From positions 192,001 through 256,000 of the forward strand of contig CAVPSB010000032.1 of assembly GCA_963708025.1 (NCBI GenBank): a stretch of DNA of 64,000 nt, given 5' to 3'. This document shows positions 38,173 to 49,996 of this stretch, in pieces (position 1 is the first letter of the stretch; each line of letters begins with the position of its first letter). The DNA is from an uncultured Candidatus Rokubacteria bacterium. Its GTDB lineage: Bacteria > Methylomirabilota > Methylomirabilia > Rokubacteriales > DASRDR01. The translations under genes were made by a program, and so were the position numbers. The notes beneath the pieces are model-generated. The model made no database searches, was not told where the DNA came from, and worked only from the letters and a program-made list of their open reading frames with translations.

Positions 38173-40239
38173 ATGCTCCGGCGGGGCAAGAGCCCCCGAC
38201 TGCCCCGGTGGTTGGCGTCCTCGGGCCGCTGGCGCTTCCGGCTCCGCCGATTGCTGCCGTCCTGGCGCCTGGTCCGCTGGCTCCTGGTGGCCGTGGTCGC
38301 CACCCTCCTGCTGACCTCGGCCGCGGTCGCGCTCGCCGCCTATCTCTACTGGCCCACCGACCTTCCCTCCGTCAAGGCGCTGGAGGAGTTCGCCCCCACC
38401 CCCGGCACCAAGGTCTATGCCGACGACGACGAGCTGCTGACCGAGTTCCAGGCCGAGCGCCGGATCTTCGTGCCCCTCCGGGAGATCCCGCGGACGCTCC
38501 GGGACGCGGTCATCGCCATCGAGGACACCCGATTCTACTCCCACTTCGGCGTCGACCTGCGTGGCATCGCACGGGCCGCCTACGCCAACTTCCGGCGAAA
38601 CCGCATCGTCGAGGGGGGGAGCACCATCACGCAGCAGCTCGCCAAGGTGCTCTTCCTCACGCCCGATCGAAGCCTCGACCGGAAGGTCAAGGAAGCCCTG
38701 CTCGCGCTGGAGCTGGAGAAGCGGTACTCGAAGGACCGGCTGCTCGAGATCTATCTGAACCAGATCTACCTCGGGCACGGCGCTTACGGCGTCGAGGCGG
38801 CGGCCAAGACGTACTTCGGGGCGTCGGTGCAGGAGTTGAACCTCTCCCAGGCCGCGCTCCTGGCCGCTCTCCCGCGCGCGCCGGGGAACTACTCGCCCTT
38901 CGAGCACCCCGAGGAAGCGCGGAAGCGTCGCCGACTCGTCCTCAACCGCATGGTCGAGCAGGAGTTCATCACGGCGGACCAGGCCAAGCGGGCGAGCGCG
39001 GCGCCCCTCGGCCTGGTGGCGCCCGAGCGCCGGCGTGGCACCGGGCAGTACTTCCTCGAATACCTGCAGCAGGGGCTCGAGGCCAAGTTCGGCACGGACC
39101 TGGTCTTCAAGGGTGGCCTGTCCGTCTACACGACCCTGAACCCGGTCATGCAGCGGACCGCCGAGCAGGCGCTGCGCGAGGGGCTGCAAGCGCTGGCGGC
39201 CCGGCAGGCCGCCCGCGTCGCCGGGAAGGGCGCCCCGGCGCCGCCCACCCCCGAGGGTGCGGTCCTCGTGATCGAGGCGCAGACCGGATACATCAAGGCG
39301 CTGGTGGGGGGCTCGGACTTCGCGCGGAGCGAGTTCAACCGGGCGGTGAACGCACACCGCCAGCCGGGGTCGGCCTTCAAGCCCTTCGTCTACCTGGCCG
39401 CGCTCGAAGGCGGCCGGACGCCGGCCGACCTTCTCGAGGACAGCCCCCTCAGCTACACCTTCGGGGGGAAGACCTGGGCGCCCGAGAACTACGACGGCAA
39501 GTTCCGGGGCCAGATCACCGCCCAGCAGGCGCTGGAGGAATCGGTCAACGTGCCCACCATCCGGCTCGCCGAGCAGGTGGGGGTGCACCGGGTGATCGAC
39601 GCCGCCAAGCGCCTCGGTATCCAGAGCCCGCTCCAGGCCAATCTCGCGCTCGCCCTCGGGGCCTCCGACGTCACCCTCCTCGAGCTGACCGCGGCCTACG
39701 CGGCCCTCGCCAACCAGGGGGTGCGGATGGAGCCGATCGTCATCCGCCACGTCACGGACGCGCAGGGGCGCCTCGTCGAGGAGAACATCCCGCAGGGCCG
39801 CGAGACGGTGAACCCCGCCGTCGCCTACGTGCTCACCCAGATGCTACGTGGCGCCGTCGAGCGCGGCACCGCGGTCAGCGCCCGAAGCCTCGGCCGCCCG
39901 ATCGCCGGCAAGACCGGCACCACCAACGACTTCTCGAACGCGTGGTTCGTCGGCTACACGCCCTCGATCACCGCGGCGGTGTGGGTGGGTCACGACCGCG
40001 TCAGGAGCCTCGGGCACGAGGAGACGGGCGCTCGGGCCGCCCTGCCCGTCTGGATCGCGCTCATGCGGGAGATCCTCAAGGATCGGCCGGGCGAGGACTT
40101 CACTCCACCGGAGAACGTGGCCATGGCTCGGGTTGACATGACTACCGGCTTCCTGGCCACGCCCAATTGTCCAAAGCCCGTCGTGATGGCATTCGTGGCC
40201 GGAACCGAGCCCACTCGCTTCTGTCCCGTTCACCCCTAA
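38173..40239 (+). CDS. mrcA: Class A penicillin-binding protein (PBP1A family)
   Basis: EDTRFYSHFG, GGSTITQQL, RKVKE, SAFK, SVN, KTGT. Start approximate. Confidence 0.93.
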   Translation: MLRRGKSPRLPRWLASSGRWRFRLRRLLPSWRLVRWLLVAVVATLLLTSAAVALAAYLYWPTDLPSVKALEEFAPTPGTKVYADDDELLTEFQAERRIFVPLREIPRTLRDAVIAIEDTRFYSHFGVDLRGIARAAYANFRRNRIVEGGSTITQQLAKVLFLTPDRSLDRKVKEALLALELEKRYSKDRLLEIYLNQIYLGHGAYGVEAAAKTYFGASVQELNLSQAALLAALPRAPGNYSPFEHPEEARKRRRLVLNRMVEQEFITADQAKRASAAPLGLVAPERRRGTGQYFLEYLQQGLEAKFGTDLVFKGGLSVYTTLNPVMQRTAEQALREGLQALAARQAARVAGKGAPAPPTPEGAVLVIEAQTGYIKALVGGSDFARSEFNRAVNAHRQPGSAFKPFVYLAALEGGRTPADLLEDSPLSYTFGGKTWAPENYDGKFRGQITAQQALEESVNVPTIRLAEQVGVHRVIDAAKRLGIQSPLQANLALALGASDVTLLELTAAYAALANQGVRMEPIVIRHVTDAQGRLVEENIPQGRETVNPAVAYVLTQMLRGAVERGTAVSARSLGRPIAGKTGTTNDFSNAWFVGYTPSITAAVWVGHDRVRSLGHEETGARAALPVWIALMREILKDRPGEDFTPPENVAMARVDMTTGFLATPNCPKPVVMAFVAGTEPTRFCPVHP

Positions 40240-40242
40240 GCC

Positions 40243-40372
40243 CTTCGGGGGGGTCTCGGAAGACTGCGCCGATTCCCCCCTTCGGAGGCCGCGGCAAGCC
40301 GCCGGCCTGAGTGGAACGCCGGGACCGCGAGACCAGAACCAGACCGTGTGGAGAAACCGACGCGCGGCGGGG
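40243..40372 (+). repeat. Intergenic repeat family A
   Basis: TTCGGGGGGGTCTCGGAAGAC...CCCCCCTTCGGAGGCCGCGGC...GAGTGGAACGCC. Confidence 0.85.
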
Positions 40373-40410
40373 ACCAGAAGAACCGACATCTCCGGCCGGC
40401 GGAGCGACGG

Positions 40411-41166
40411 TCAGTCGGGGGGCGCGGGGACGGTCCGGGCGAGGAATCGGGGCGTCCGGAGCGCGGCGCCGCTCAAGGCGGCGAGGTAGTCGTCCAGGAC
40501 CGAGGCCGCCTCCTGCTCGACGCTCGGCGCGATCCGAGCGTGGAGCCGCGCCTCCCACGACGCGGCCTGGAGGCCGCGGAGCGCCCCGAGCGCCCGCGGC
40601 GAGACCCGCGGGACTCCCGCAGCCCGGCACCCGTCGCAGGCGACGCCGCCCTGACCCGGATCGAACACGACGCCGACCGTGCCGAGCGGACGCCCGCACC
40701 CGGCGCATCGGTCCAGGCGCGGCCGATGGCCGAGGAGATCCAGCAGCCGGAGCGTGAAGGCGAGCTGCACCCGAGCCGGGGAACCGCTCTCGAGGGCTTG
40801 AAAGGCTCGGAGCAGCAGGGCGAAGCAGGCCGGTTGAGTGTCACGCTCGCCGGTGAGCCGGAGGATGGCCTCCACCATGCGGGCACCCTGTCCAAGCCGC
40901 TCGAGATCTTCCCGGAGTGCGCGGAACGATCGGTGGATGTCGAAGTGATCGAGTCGCAGCAGGTCCCGCCCCGGACGCTCGAACCCCACGGCCTCTCCGC
41001 AGGTGAACAGCTCGAGGGCCCCGCCGAATCGCGACCGGAGCCGACGGGCACCCTGCGCGACGGCGGTGAACCGGCCGAAGTCGCGCGTGTACAGCGTGAC
41101 GAGACGATCGTACTCTCCGAGATCACGCGTCCGGAGAACGACGCCCGGGGTCCGGAGAAGTGGCAC
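40411..41166 (-). CDS. recO: DNA repair protein RecO
   Basis: GVVLRTRDLGEYDRLVTLYTRDFG, SRFGGALE, CAGCG...CDGC zinc finger; lies downstream of era. Confidence 0.92.
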   Translation of the reverse strand: MPLLRTPGVVLRTRDLGEYDRLVTLYTRDFGRFTAVAQGARRLRSRFGGALELFTCGEAVGFERPGRDLLRLDHFDIHRSFRALREDLERLGQGARMVEAILRLTGERDTQPACFALLLRAFQALESGSPARVQLAFTLRLLDLLGHRPRLDRCAGCGRPLGTVGVVFDPGQGGVACDGCRAAGVPRVSPRALGALRGLQAASWEARLHARIAPSVEQEAASVLDDYLAALSGAALRTPRFLARTVPAPPD

Positions 41167-41191
41167 GCCGCCCTCAGGACCTCTGACGAGA

Positions 41192-41333
41192 CCCGGCAAC
41201 TCCCATTTCAATCGCTCCTTTGGCCTTCGCGACGCTCGGGCGCCCGGCCTCGCGGCCAAGGCGTTCCACTCCGAGCCGCGGCTCCGCCGCGGCCTCCGAG
41301 GGGGGCATCGGGGGTCTTCCGAGACCCCCGAAG
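41192..41333 (-). repeat. Intergenic repeat family A
   Basis: GGCGTTCCACTCCGAGCCGCGGCTCCGCCGCGGCCTCCGAGGGGGGCATCGGGGGTCTTCCGAGACCCCCGAA. Confidence 0.85.
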
Positions 41334-41336
41334 ATC

Positions 41337-42290
41337 TCAGGAGGTCAGGCGGTAGCCCAGCTCGCGGAGGGCCGTCTCGTTCCGCCGCCAGTGCCGGCGC
41401 ACCTGGACCCAGAGTTCGAGGTAGACGCGAACGCCGAAGAAGGCCTCCAGCTCGCGCCGCGCCGCCTGGCCGATCCGCTTGAGCATGGCGCCCCCCTCTC
41501 CGATGACGATCGCCTTCTGGGACGGCTGCTCGACGAAGATCACCGCCCGGATGTAGAGCTGCCCGCTCTCGCGCTCCACCAGCTCCTCCACGCGCACCGC
41601 AGCGGCGTACGGGATCTCCTGACGAGTCAGCAGGAAGATCTTCTCCCGGATGGTCTCGGCCACGAAGAAGGTCTCGGGCTGATCGGTGAGCTGATCGGGT
41701 GGATAGAAGGCCGGACCGGGTGGCAAGAGCGCGAGGATGATCGCCTCCAGTTGACTGACGCCCTCCCCGGTGCTCGCCGAAATCGGGATCAGCTCCCGGA
41801 ACGGGTATCGGGCCGCCCAGGCCTCCAGCCGCGGCAGGAGCTGCCGCTTGTCCGGCATCAGGTCGACCTTGTTGAGCGCGAGCAGGACGGGGGCCTTCAC
41901 CTCGCGCAGCGAGGCCAAAGCGCCCTCGTCGAGCGCGATCCGACTCTCGGGCGCCTCGGCCACGAACACGACCCCGTCGACCTCCTCCAGAGCCTGGCTG
42001 ATCGTCGCCGCCATGAACTCGCCCAGCTTTCCCCGCGGCTGGTGGAGGCCCGGCGTGTCGACGTAGATGATCTGGGCGCGCGGGAGAGTTCGGATCCCCG
42101 TGATCCGGTTGCGCGTCGTCTGAGGCTTCGGGGAGACGATCGCGATCTTCTGGCCGAGGAGTCGATTGAGGAGGGTGGACTTCCCGACGTTGGGGCGGCC
42201 CACGATGGCGACGAATCCCGACCGGTGGTCCTCCGGGACCGCCCCCACCACTCGACGACCCTCGGCCTTCGGCTCGCCCTCGCCGCTCAC
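41337..42290 (-). CDS. era: GTPase Era
   Basis: GRPNVGKS, PQTTR, DTPG, NKVD, KH domain VIGEGG. Confidence 0.97.
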   Translation of the reverse strand: MSGEGEPKAEGRRVVGAVPEDHRSGFVAIVGRPNVGKSTLLNRLLGQKIAIVSPKPQTTRNRITGIRTLPRAQIIYVDTPGLHQPRGKLGEFMAATISQALEEVDGVVFVAEAPESRIALDEGALASLREVKAPVLLALNKVDLMPDKRQLLPRLEAWAARYPFRELIPISASTGEGVSQLEAIILALLPPGPAFYPPDQLTDQPETFFVAETIREKIFLLTRQEIPYAAAVRVEELVERESGQLYIRAVIFVEQPSQKAIVIGEGGAMLKRIGQAARRELEAFFGVRVYLELWVQVRRHWRRNETALRELGYRLTS

Positions 42291-42293
42291 GGC

Positions 42294-42734
42294 TCAGACG
42301 ACGACGTGGAGCGTTGGAGCGGGGCGCTCGTGGAGCCGGCCGAGCAGGTCCATCTCCCGGCCGTGCATGACCCGGGCCTCGAGGCGCTCCCGGTCGTCGT
42401 ATCCCACGAGGTGCAGGCACGCGTGGCAGCAGAGGAGGTCCAGCTCTTCCCCGAGCGAGTGCCTGAGGGTCCGGGCCTGCCGGCGGGCGGTCTCCACCGA
42501 GATGATCGCCTCGCCCAGGACCGCCGCCGGGCCGGCGAGCGGGAACGCCAGCACGTCGGTGGCGCGGCGGACACCGCGATAGCGGGCGTTGAGGGCCCGG
42601 ATCTCGCGATCGCCCACCAGCGTCAGGCTCACCTCGTGGTCCCAGACCCCGAGGGCCTCGAGGGCCAGACGGATGGTCCGGCGGACGCGGTCGAGGTCGA
42701 CGGCAATGCTTTGACGGTTCTGGACGTCGATCAC
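42294..42734 (-). CDS. ybeY: rRNA maturation endoribonuclease YbeY
   Basis: LNARYRG, TDVLAFP, HACLHLVGYDD. Confidence 0.9.
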   Translation of the reverse strand: MIDVQNRQSIAVDLDRVRRTIRLALEALGVWDHEVSLTLVGDREIRALNARYRGVRRATDVLAFPLAGPAAVLGEAIISVETARRQARTLRHSLGEELDLLCCHACLHLVGYDDRERLEARVMHGREMDLLGRLHERPAPTLHVVV

Positions 42735-42762
42735 GACCGCTCGGTCCTCGGAGAGGAACCGA

Positions 42763-43758
42763 TCAGGGGGAGCGCGGCTGGCCTCCGGGTGCGTCTCGCC
42801 GCTGCCCCCAATCGTCGTAGGCCCGAATGATCTCGGAGACGAGCTCGTGCCGGACGACGTCCTTCTCGGTGAAGTAGACGAACTCGATACCCGGCACCTG
42901 CTTGAGCACCGACTGGACCTCGATGAGCCCGGAGGCGCGGGTCGAGGGGAGGTCGACCTGCGTGATGTCCCCGGTGATCACCATGCGGGAGTTGAACCCG
43001 AGCCGCGTCAGAAACATCTTCATTTGCTCGGAGGTTGTGTTCTGCGCCTCGTCGAGCACGATGAAGGCGTCGTTCAGCGTCCGGCCGCGCATGTAGGCCA
43101 GCGGCGCGATCTCGATCGCGCCCCGCTCGGTCAGGGTCGCGACCTTGTCGGGCTCCATCATGTCGTAGAGCGCGTCGTAGAGCGGCCGCAGGTAGGGGTG
43201 CACCTTCTCGTACATGTCACCGGGCAGGAACCCGAGCCGCTCGCCCGCCTCGACCGCCGGCCGGGTGAGGATGATCCGGGCCACCTCGCGTCGGGTCATG
43301 GCCGACACCGCCATGGCCATCGCCAGGTAGGACTTCCCGGTCCCGGCCGGTCCGATCCCGATGACGACGTCGCGGGTGCGGATGGCGTCCACGTAGCGCT
43401 TCTGCATCACCGTCTTGGGAGTGATGGACTTCTTGCGCGAGGGCACCGCGATGGCGTCCAGGAGGACCCCGCGCAGATCCGCCCCGGCGTCGTCGGTGAC
43501 CAGTCGGAGGGCGGCCCGAACGTCCGGCGCCTGGACCGGCAGGCCGGCCTCGACCCGCGCCTGCAGCTCCTCGATCACACGGGCGCCGCGGGCCACCTGC
43601 TGCTCCGTTCCCTTCAACGTGATCTCGGCGCCCCGGGCGACGATGCGGAGATCCAGATGGGACTCCAGCAGTCGCAGATGTTCATCGTTCCGCCCCGAGA
43701 GGGGCAGGAGGTCGGTGTCGGAGGCGAGGGTGATGCGGTGGGTGATCGATTCAGGCAC
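42763..43758 (-). CDS. phoH: PhoH family ATPase (YbeZ-like)
   Basis: GPAGTGKS, RPAVEAGERLGFLPGD, MRGRTL, DEAQN. Confidence 0.95.
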   Translation of the reverse strand: MPESITHRITLASDTDLLPLSGRNDEHLRLLESHLDLRIVARGAEITLKGTEQQVARGARVIEELQARVEAGLPVQAPDVRAALRLVTDDAGADLRGVLLDAIAVPSRKKSITPKTVMQKRYVDAIRTRDVVIGIGPAGTGKSYLAMAMAVSAMTRREVARIILTRPAVEAGERLGFLPGDMYEKVHPYLRPLYDALYDMMEPDKVATLTERGAIEIAPLAYMRGRTLNDAFIVLDEAQNTTSEQMKMFLTRLGFNSRMVITGDITQVDLPSTRASGLIEVQSVLKQVPGIEFVYFTEKDVVRHELVSEIIRAYDDWGQRRDAPGGQPRSP

Positions 43759-43844
43759 GCTCGAGCGTCTCGCCCTCCATCCGGACCTCAGTATAACAGA
43801 CGCGGCCCGCCGGGACGAACCGCCCCTCAGGGTCTGTGAGCCAT

Positions 43845-43989
43845 CGCCGGCGGCCCTCGAATCCCACCGCCCGTCGGCCTCTCGCAACCCTCTGACTCTG
43901 GCCACGCGGCCGTGGCGTTCCGCTTCGAGCTGCGGCTTCGCCGCGGCCTCCGCGGGGGGCCTCGGCGGGCTTCCGAGACCCCCCCGAGG
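43845..43989 (-). repeat. Intergenic repeat family A
   Basis: CCGTCGGCCTCTCGCAACCCTCTGAC...GGCGTTCCGCTTCGAGCTGCGGCTTCGCCGCGGCCTCC...TTCCGAGACCCCCC. Confidence 0.85.
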
Positions 43990-43992
43990 ATC

Positions 43993-45789
<1,797 letters not shown>

Positions 45790-45793
<4 letters not shown>

Positions 45794-47061
45794 CGCGCGC
45801 CCCCGACCTCTCGGATCTCGAGGTCCGGCCACTCGACGATGCTGTCGAACCCCTGCCCCGCCAGCGCCGCGCGCTGGGGTCCCCGCCGTTTCGCGCTCAG
45901 CTCCAGGGACACCGCCCATCCCTCCTGGCGTCGCTTGTGCGCGTATTCCAGGATCGGTGCGAGATCGGCGGTCTCCTCGAAGACGAGCGCGAGGCGCTTC
46001 GAGCCGTCCGCTCGTCCGCCCTTGCGGTCCATGAGGATCGAGATGACCCGCTCGAACCCGATGGAGAAGCCCGTCGCCGGCACGTCCTGACCGAGGATCT
46101 TGCCGATCAGCCGATCGTAGCGTCCGCCGCCGGCGATCGACGACGAGAAGCCTTCGGCGGCGATCTCGAAGATCGGCCCGGTGTAGTAGGACATGCCCCG
46201 CACGAGGGTCGCGTCGAAGCTGACCGACGTCTGGGTGCGCGCCGCTTCGATGATCTCCTTCAGGCCGTGAATCGCCGCCTGCGTCTCGGCATCCTTGACG
46301 TACGCGCTGAGGGGCTCCAACCCGCCGCCGCCCTTGAGCTTGGTGAACACGTCCAGCATTCGCTCGATCGCGGGCGCCGGGTGGCCGGCCTGCCTCAGCT
46401 CGTCGGCGATCGCGGACGGCTCCAGCTTGTCCCACTTGTCGAGGGCGATGAAGACGCTATCGTGGCGAGCCTCGTCGAATCCGCACCAGCGTGCCATGGC
46501 GGTGAGAACGCGACGGTCGTTGATGCGCACCGTCAGGCCTTCCAGCCCCAGCGCGGTCAGCGCCTCCGTCGTGGCGAGGATCAGCTCGATCTCGGCCACC
46601 TCCGACGTGACCCCGAGGATGTCGATGTCGCACTGCGTGAACTGCCGGAAGCGCCCCTTCTGGGGGCGCTCGGCCCGCCACACCGGGCCGATCTGGACGG
46701 CCTTCAGCGGCTTCGGCAGCTTCGCATGGTTGTTCGCGTAGTACCGGGCCAGCGGGACGGTGAGGTCGAACCGAAGGCCCAGGTCGACCAGATCGGCCTC
46801 GCTCGTCGCTCCCGCGATGTCGAGTCGGTCCCCGCGCTTGAGGACCTTGAAGATGAGCTTCTCGTTCTCGCCGCCCTCGCCCCCGGTCAGGAGCTGGATG
46901 CTCTCCAGCGCCGGGGTCTCGATCCGCCGGAAGCCGTGCGTCCGGTACACGCCGAGGATCGTCTGCGCGGTCCGATCCCGCAGCTCGGCCTCCTCGGGCA
47001 GGATGTCCCGCATCCCGCGCGGGGGTTCGGTGCCTGGCCGGCCCTGGCCGGGCGCGCTCAC
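45790..47061 (-). CDS. hisS: Histidyl-tRNA synthetase
   Basis: PRGMRD, LRFDLTVP, RAERPQKGRFRQFTQCD, LVRGMSYYTG, GGGRYD, GFSIGFER. Confidence 0.92.
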
Positions 47062-47576
47062 CCCTGCTTGTCCTCCCGGTACTGCCCGGCGAGCCGTACG
47101 TAGTTGTTGGTGGGCCGGTGGATCAGCCCCAGGTCCGCGTCGGTCAGGGCGCGCCGAGGCTTGGCCGGGGCGCCCATCATCAGCGTCCGGCGCGGGATGT
47201 GGGTGCCGGGGGACACGATCGACCCGGCCGCGACGATCGACTCCTCCTCCATCACCACGCCGTTCAGCACGATGGCACCGATGCCGACGAGACAGTGCGG
47301 GCCGATCCGCGCGCCGTGGAGCCGGACCGCGTGTCCCAGGGTGACGTGGTCCGCGATCTCGACCGGGTGGCCGCCCGAGTCCACGTGAATCACGGTGCCG
47401 TCCTGGATGTTGGTGTGGGACCCGATCCGGATGTAGTTGACGTCGCCCCGGATGACCGTCTGGAACCAGACGCTCGAGTGCTCACCGAGCTCGACGTCGC
47501 CGATCACGTCGGCGGTGTCGGCGACGAAGGCCGTGTCGTGGATGCGGGGCAGCTTTCCCTGGAAGGCGCGGATCAT
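47058..47576 (-). CDS. Gamma carbonic anhydrase family protein (YrdA-like)
   Basis: IRGDVNYIRIG, NIQDG, three His positions, hexapeptide repeats, GAPAK. Confidence 0.9.
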   Translation of the reverse strand: MIRAFQGKLPRIHDTAFVADTADVIGDVELGEHSSVWFQTVIRGDVNYIRIGSHTNIQDGTVIHVDSGGHPVEIADHVTLGHAVRLHGARIGPHCLVGIGAIVLNGVVMEEESIVAAGSIVSPGTHIPRRTLMMGAPAKPRRALTDADLGLIHRPTNNYVRLAGQYREDKQG

Positions 47577-47756
47577 GGCTCCTCCACCCGGCGGTGAAAC
47601 ACTCGAATGGTAACAGGCCCACGCAAACCTCGCAATTGAAAAGCCTTTCCACGGCCGCCACCTTGACAGGTGCCCGACCCGGATGCTATACAAGGAGCAG
47701 GACGTGGGGACCGAAAGTAGGGAGCGTCAGCTCCCTTTTTGGTCGAGGGGGACGGG

Positions 47757-48128
47757 GTGCCGACTTACGACTATCAGTGCGACGACTGCGGGCGTACCTA
47801 CGAGGTGCGGCAGCCGATCTCGGCCTCCCCGCTGACCTCCTGCCAGTTCTGCGGGGGCGGCATCCGCCGGCTCCTGTCCGCGACGCCCTTCATCCTCAAG
47901 GGCGGCGGCTGGTACGTCACCGACTACCCCTCGGAATCCCGCAAGAAGGCGATGGCGGACGAGAAGAAGTCGGTCGAGCCGGCCACGAGCGCCAAGGCGG
48001 CGTCTAGCGGGTCCGACGGCTCGTCGAGCGCGACCTCGACCCCCGCGCCGTCCTCCTCGGGGACCTCGTCCTCGGAGACCTCGTCCTCGAAGACCCCGTC
48101 CTCGAAGACCCCGTCGACCACAAGCTGA
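47757..48128 (+). CDS. FmdB family zinc-ribbon protein with Ser-rich tail
   Basis: PTYDYQCDDCG...CQFCGG...LKGGGWYVTDY; upstream TTGACA-N18-TATACA. Confidence 0.88.
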   Translation: MPTYDYQCDDCGRTYEVRQPISASPLTSCQFCGGGIRRLLSATPFILKGGGWYVTDYPSESRKKAMADEKKSVEPATSAKAASSGSDGSSSATSTPAPSSSGTSSSETSSSKTPSSKTPSTTS

Positions 48129-48929
48129 CCACGGCTCCGGGACCCACCCCCAGCCGGTCCCGCGCGCTCCCTTCCCGCGCGAAGATCTCGACGCGTCCCG
48201 AGCTGTCCACCACGCTGCCCAGCGCACGGAGCGGTCGCTCGCGGTAAGTCCCCACGATCCCCTCGATCCGCTGACCGCCGATCTCCAGCACGCAGTCCGC
48301 CCGGGGGCCCGGCAGATCGATCGGCCGCAGGTTGGTGAGCAAGTTGCCGAACCGGTCGGCGAGCAGGACCTGGCCGATCAGCCGCCGGCCCCGGCGCGAT
48401 GGCCGGGGCCAGTCGAGGCAGACGGGGTGGCGGGCCGGCGGCCCGAAGCGCTCGAGCGGCACCCCGAGTGAGCAGTGCGCGGCGGCCGGGGCGAAGACGT
48501 CCCTCGCGTGGAAGGTCCGGCTCACGGCGCCGCCGATCCGATGGTACGCGGAATTCGCGAGCCTCACCACCCGGAGGCGTGGGGCGGTCAGAAGGAAGCC
48601 GAAGAGCCCGTTGTCGGGGCCGACGAAGTAGTGCCCGTCGGCCGCGAGGGCCAGCGCGGGCCGGGGTCCCCCGACCCCGGGATCCACCACCGCCAGGTGG
48701 ACCGTGCCGCGGGGAAAGAACCGGTAGGCGGCGTCCAGCACGAGGGCCCCGCGAAGCACGTCCTGGGGGGGACGGCGTGGGTCAGGTCCACGAGGCGGGC
48801 GGCCGGGTTGATCGCCAGGATCACGCCCTTCACGATCCCGACGTAGGCATCGTCGAGCCCGAAGTCCGTGACGAGCGTCACGATCCCGCTGGGCGCCGGC
48901 CCCCGGCGTCCCGGCCCCACCCTGGGCAT
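48004..48929 (-). CDS. SAM hydroxide adenosyltransferase / DUF62 family (frameshift in G run near 48768)
   Basis: TLVTDFG, VDLTH, VVDPGVG, GPDNG, TFHARDVFAP, DRFGNLLTN. Confidence 0.88.
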
Positions 48930-49948
48930 TACCGGTCGCGCTGGATGACGTACTCCGCGATGAGCCTCAGCACCTCGCGCTCACCCGACGGCGGGAACCG
49001 GTCCAGCCGCTCGGTGGCCTCCCTCGCGTACGCCGCGGCCCGGGCGACCGCGTACCCGACGCCGTCGTACATCTTCACCAGGCGGTGGACGTCGGCGACG
49101 TCCCGCTCCGCCCGGGCAGAGTCGGGCTCGGGCCGCGCCGAGCGGCCCAGCGCCTCCAGGATCCGCGCCTGCTCGGCAGGGGTCGCCCGCTCCAGGGTGG
49201 CGATGAGCGGCAGCGTCCGCTTCCCCTCGCGGAGGTCGGTGCCGATCGCCTTGCCGAACCGCGCCTCGTCGGCCTCGAAATCGAGCGAGTCGTCGATGAT
49301 CTGGAACGCGATCCCCAGCCCCTCCCCGAAAGCCGCCAGCGCCTCGATCGACGCCGGGTCGAGCCGCCCGAGGACGCCGCCGATCCGGCAGCAGGCCGAC
49401 ATGAACGTCGCCGTCTTCTGCCGGATGATCCGGAGGTAGTCGACCTCGGTCAGCCCGGCGTCGCGCTTGCGCTCGAGCTGGAAGACCTCGGCCTCGGTCA
49501 TCGACACCATCGCCGTCGCCAGGGACTCCATGACGCCCAGGTCCCCGTCGGCCACCAGGAGCGCCATGCAGCGGGAATAGAGGTGGTCCCCGACCAGGAT
49601 CGCCGCGTCGTCGCCCCACCGGGCGTTCGCCGAGGCGCGCCCGCGTCGCAGCGGCGCCCGATCGACGACGTCGTCGTGGATGAGCGTGGCCGTATGGAGC
49701 AGCTCGACGACGCACCCCAGCCGAGCCGCGCGCGCCGCCGATCCGCGGGCCAGCCGCGCGCACAGCAGCACCAGGATCGGCCGGAGGCGCTTCCCGCCGG
49801 CGAGCGCGACGTACTCGGTGAGGTCGCGGATGAGCGCGACCGGAGACCCGGCCAGTTCGCGGCGGATCTCGGCCTCGCAGGCGCCCAGCTCCGCGCCGAC
49901 CAGCTCGTCGAGGCGCGCCCGGAGCGTCCCCTCGAGGGGAACGGTCAC
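48929..49948 (-). CDS. Long-chain trans-polyprenyl diphosphate synthase
   Basis: GGKRLRP, LIHDDVVD, RRG, KTA, FQIIDDSLD. Confidence 0.93.
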   Translation of the reverse strand: MTVPLEGTLRARLDELVGAELGACEAEIRRELAGSPVALIRDLTEYVALAGGKRLRPILVLLCARLARGSAARAARLGCVVELLHTATLIHDDVVDRAPLRRGRASANARWGDDAAILVGDHLYSRCMALLVADGDLGVMESLATAMVSMTEAEVFQLERKRDAGLTEVDYLRIIRQKTATFMSACCRIGGVLGRLDPASIEALAAFGEGLGIAFQIIDDSLDFEADEARFGKAIGTDLREGKRTLPLIATLERATPAEQARILEALGRSARPEPDSARAERDVADVHRLVKMYDGVGYAVARAAAYAREATERLDRFPPSGEREVLRLIAEYVIQRDR

Positions 49949-49996
49949 GCCGGGCTCGTGGGAGTGGGCACCCGTCGGTCGGTCACGGGGGCGGGG

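Noticed and set aside
48004..48929. Fluorinase or chlorinase of a halometabolite cluster
   Set aside because: It has the Asp/His/Arg-type DUF62 motifs (VVDPGVG, TFHARD) and a housekeeping context, so a SAM hydrolase is more likely.
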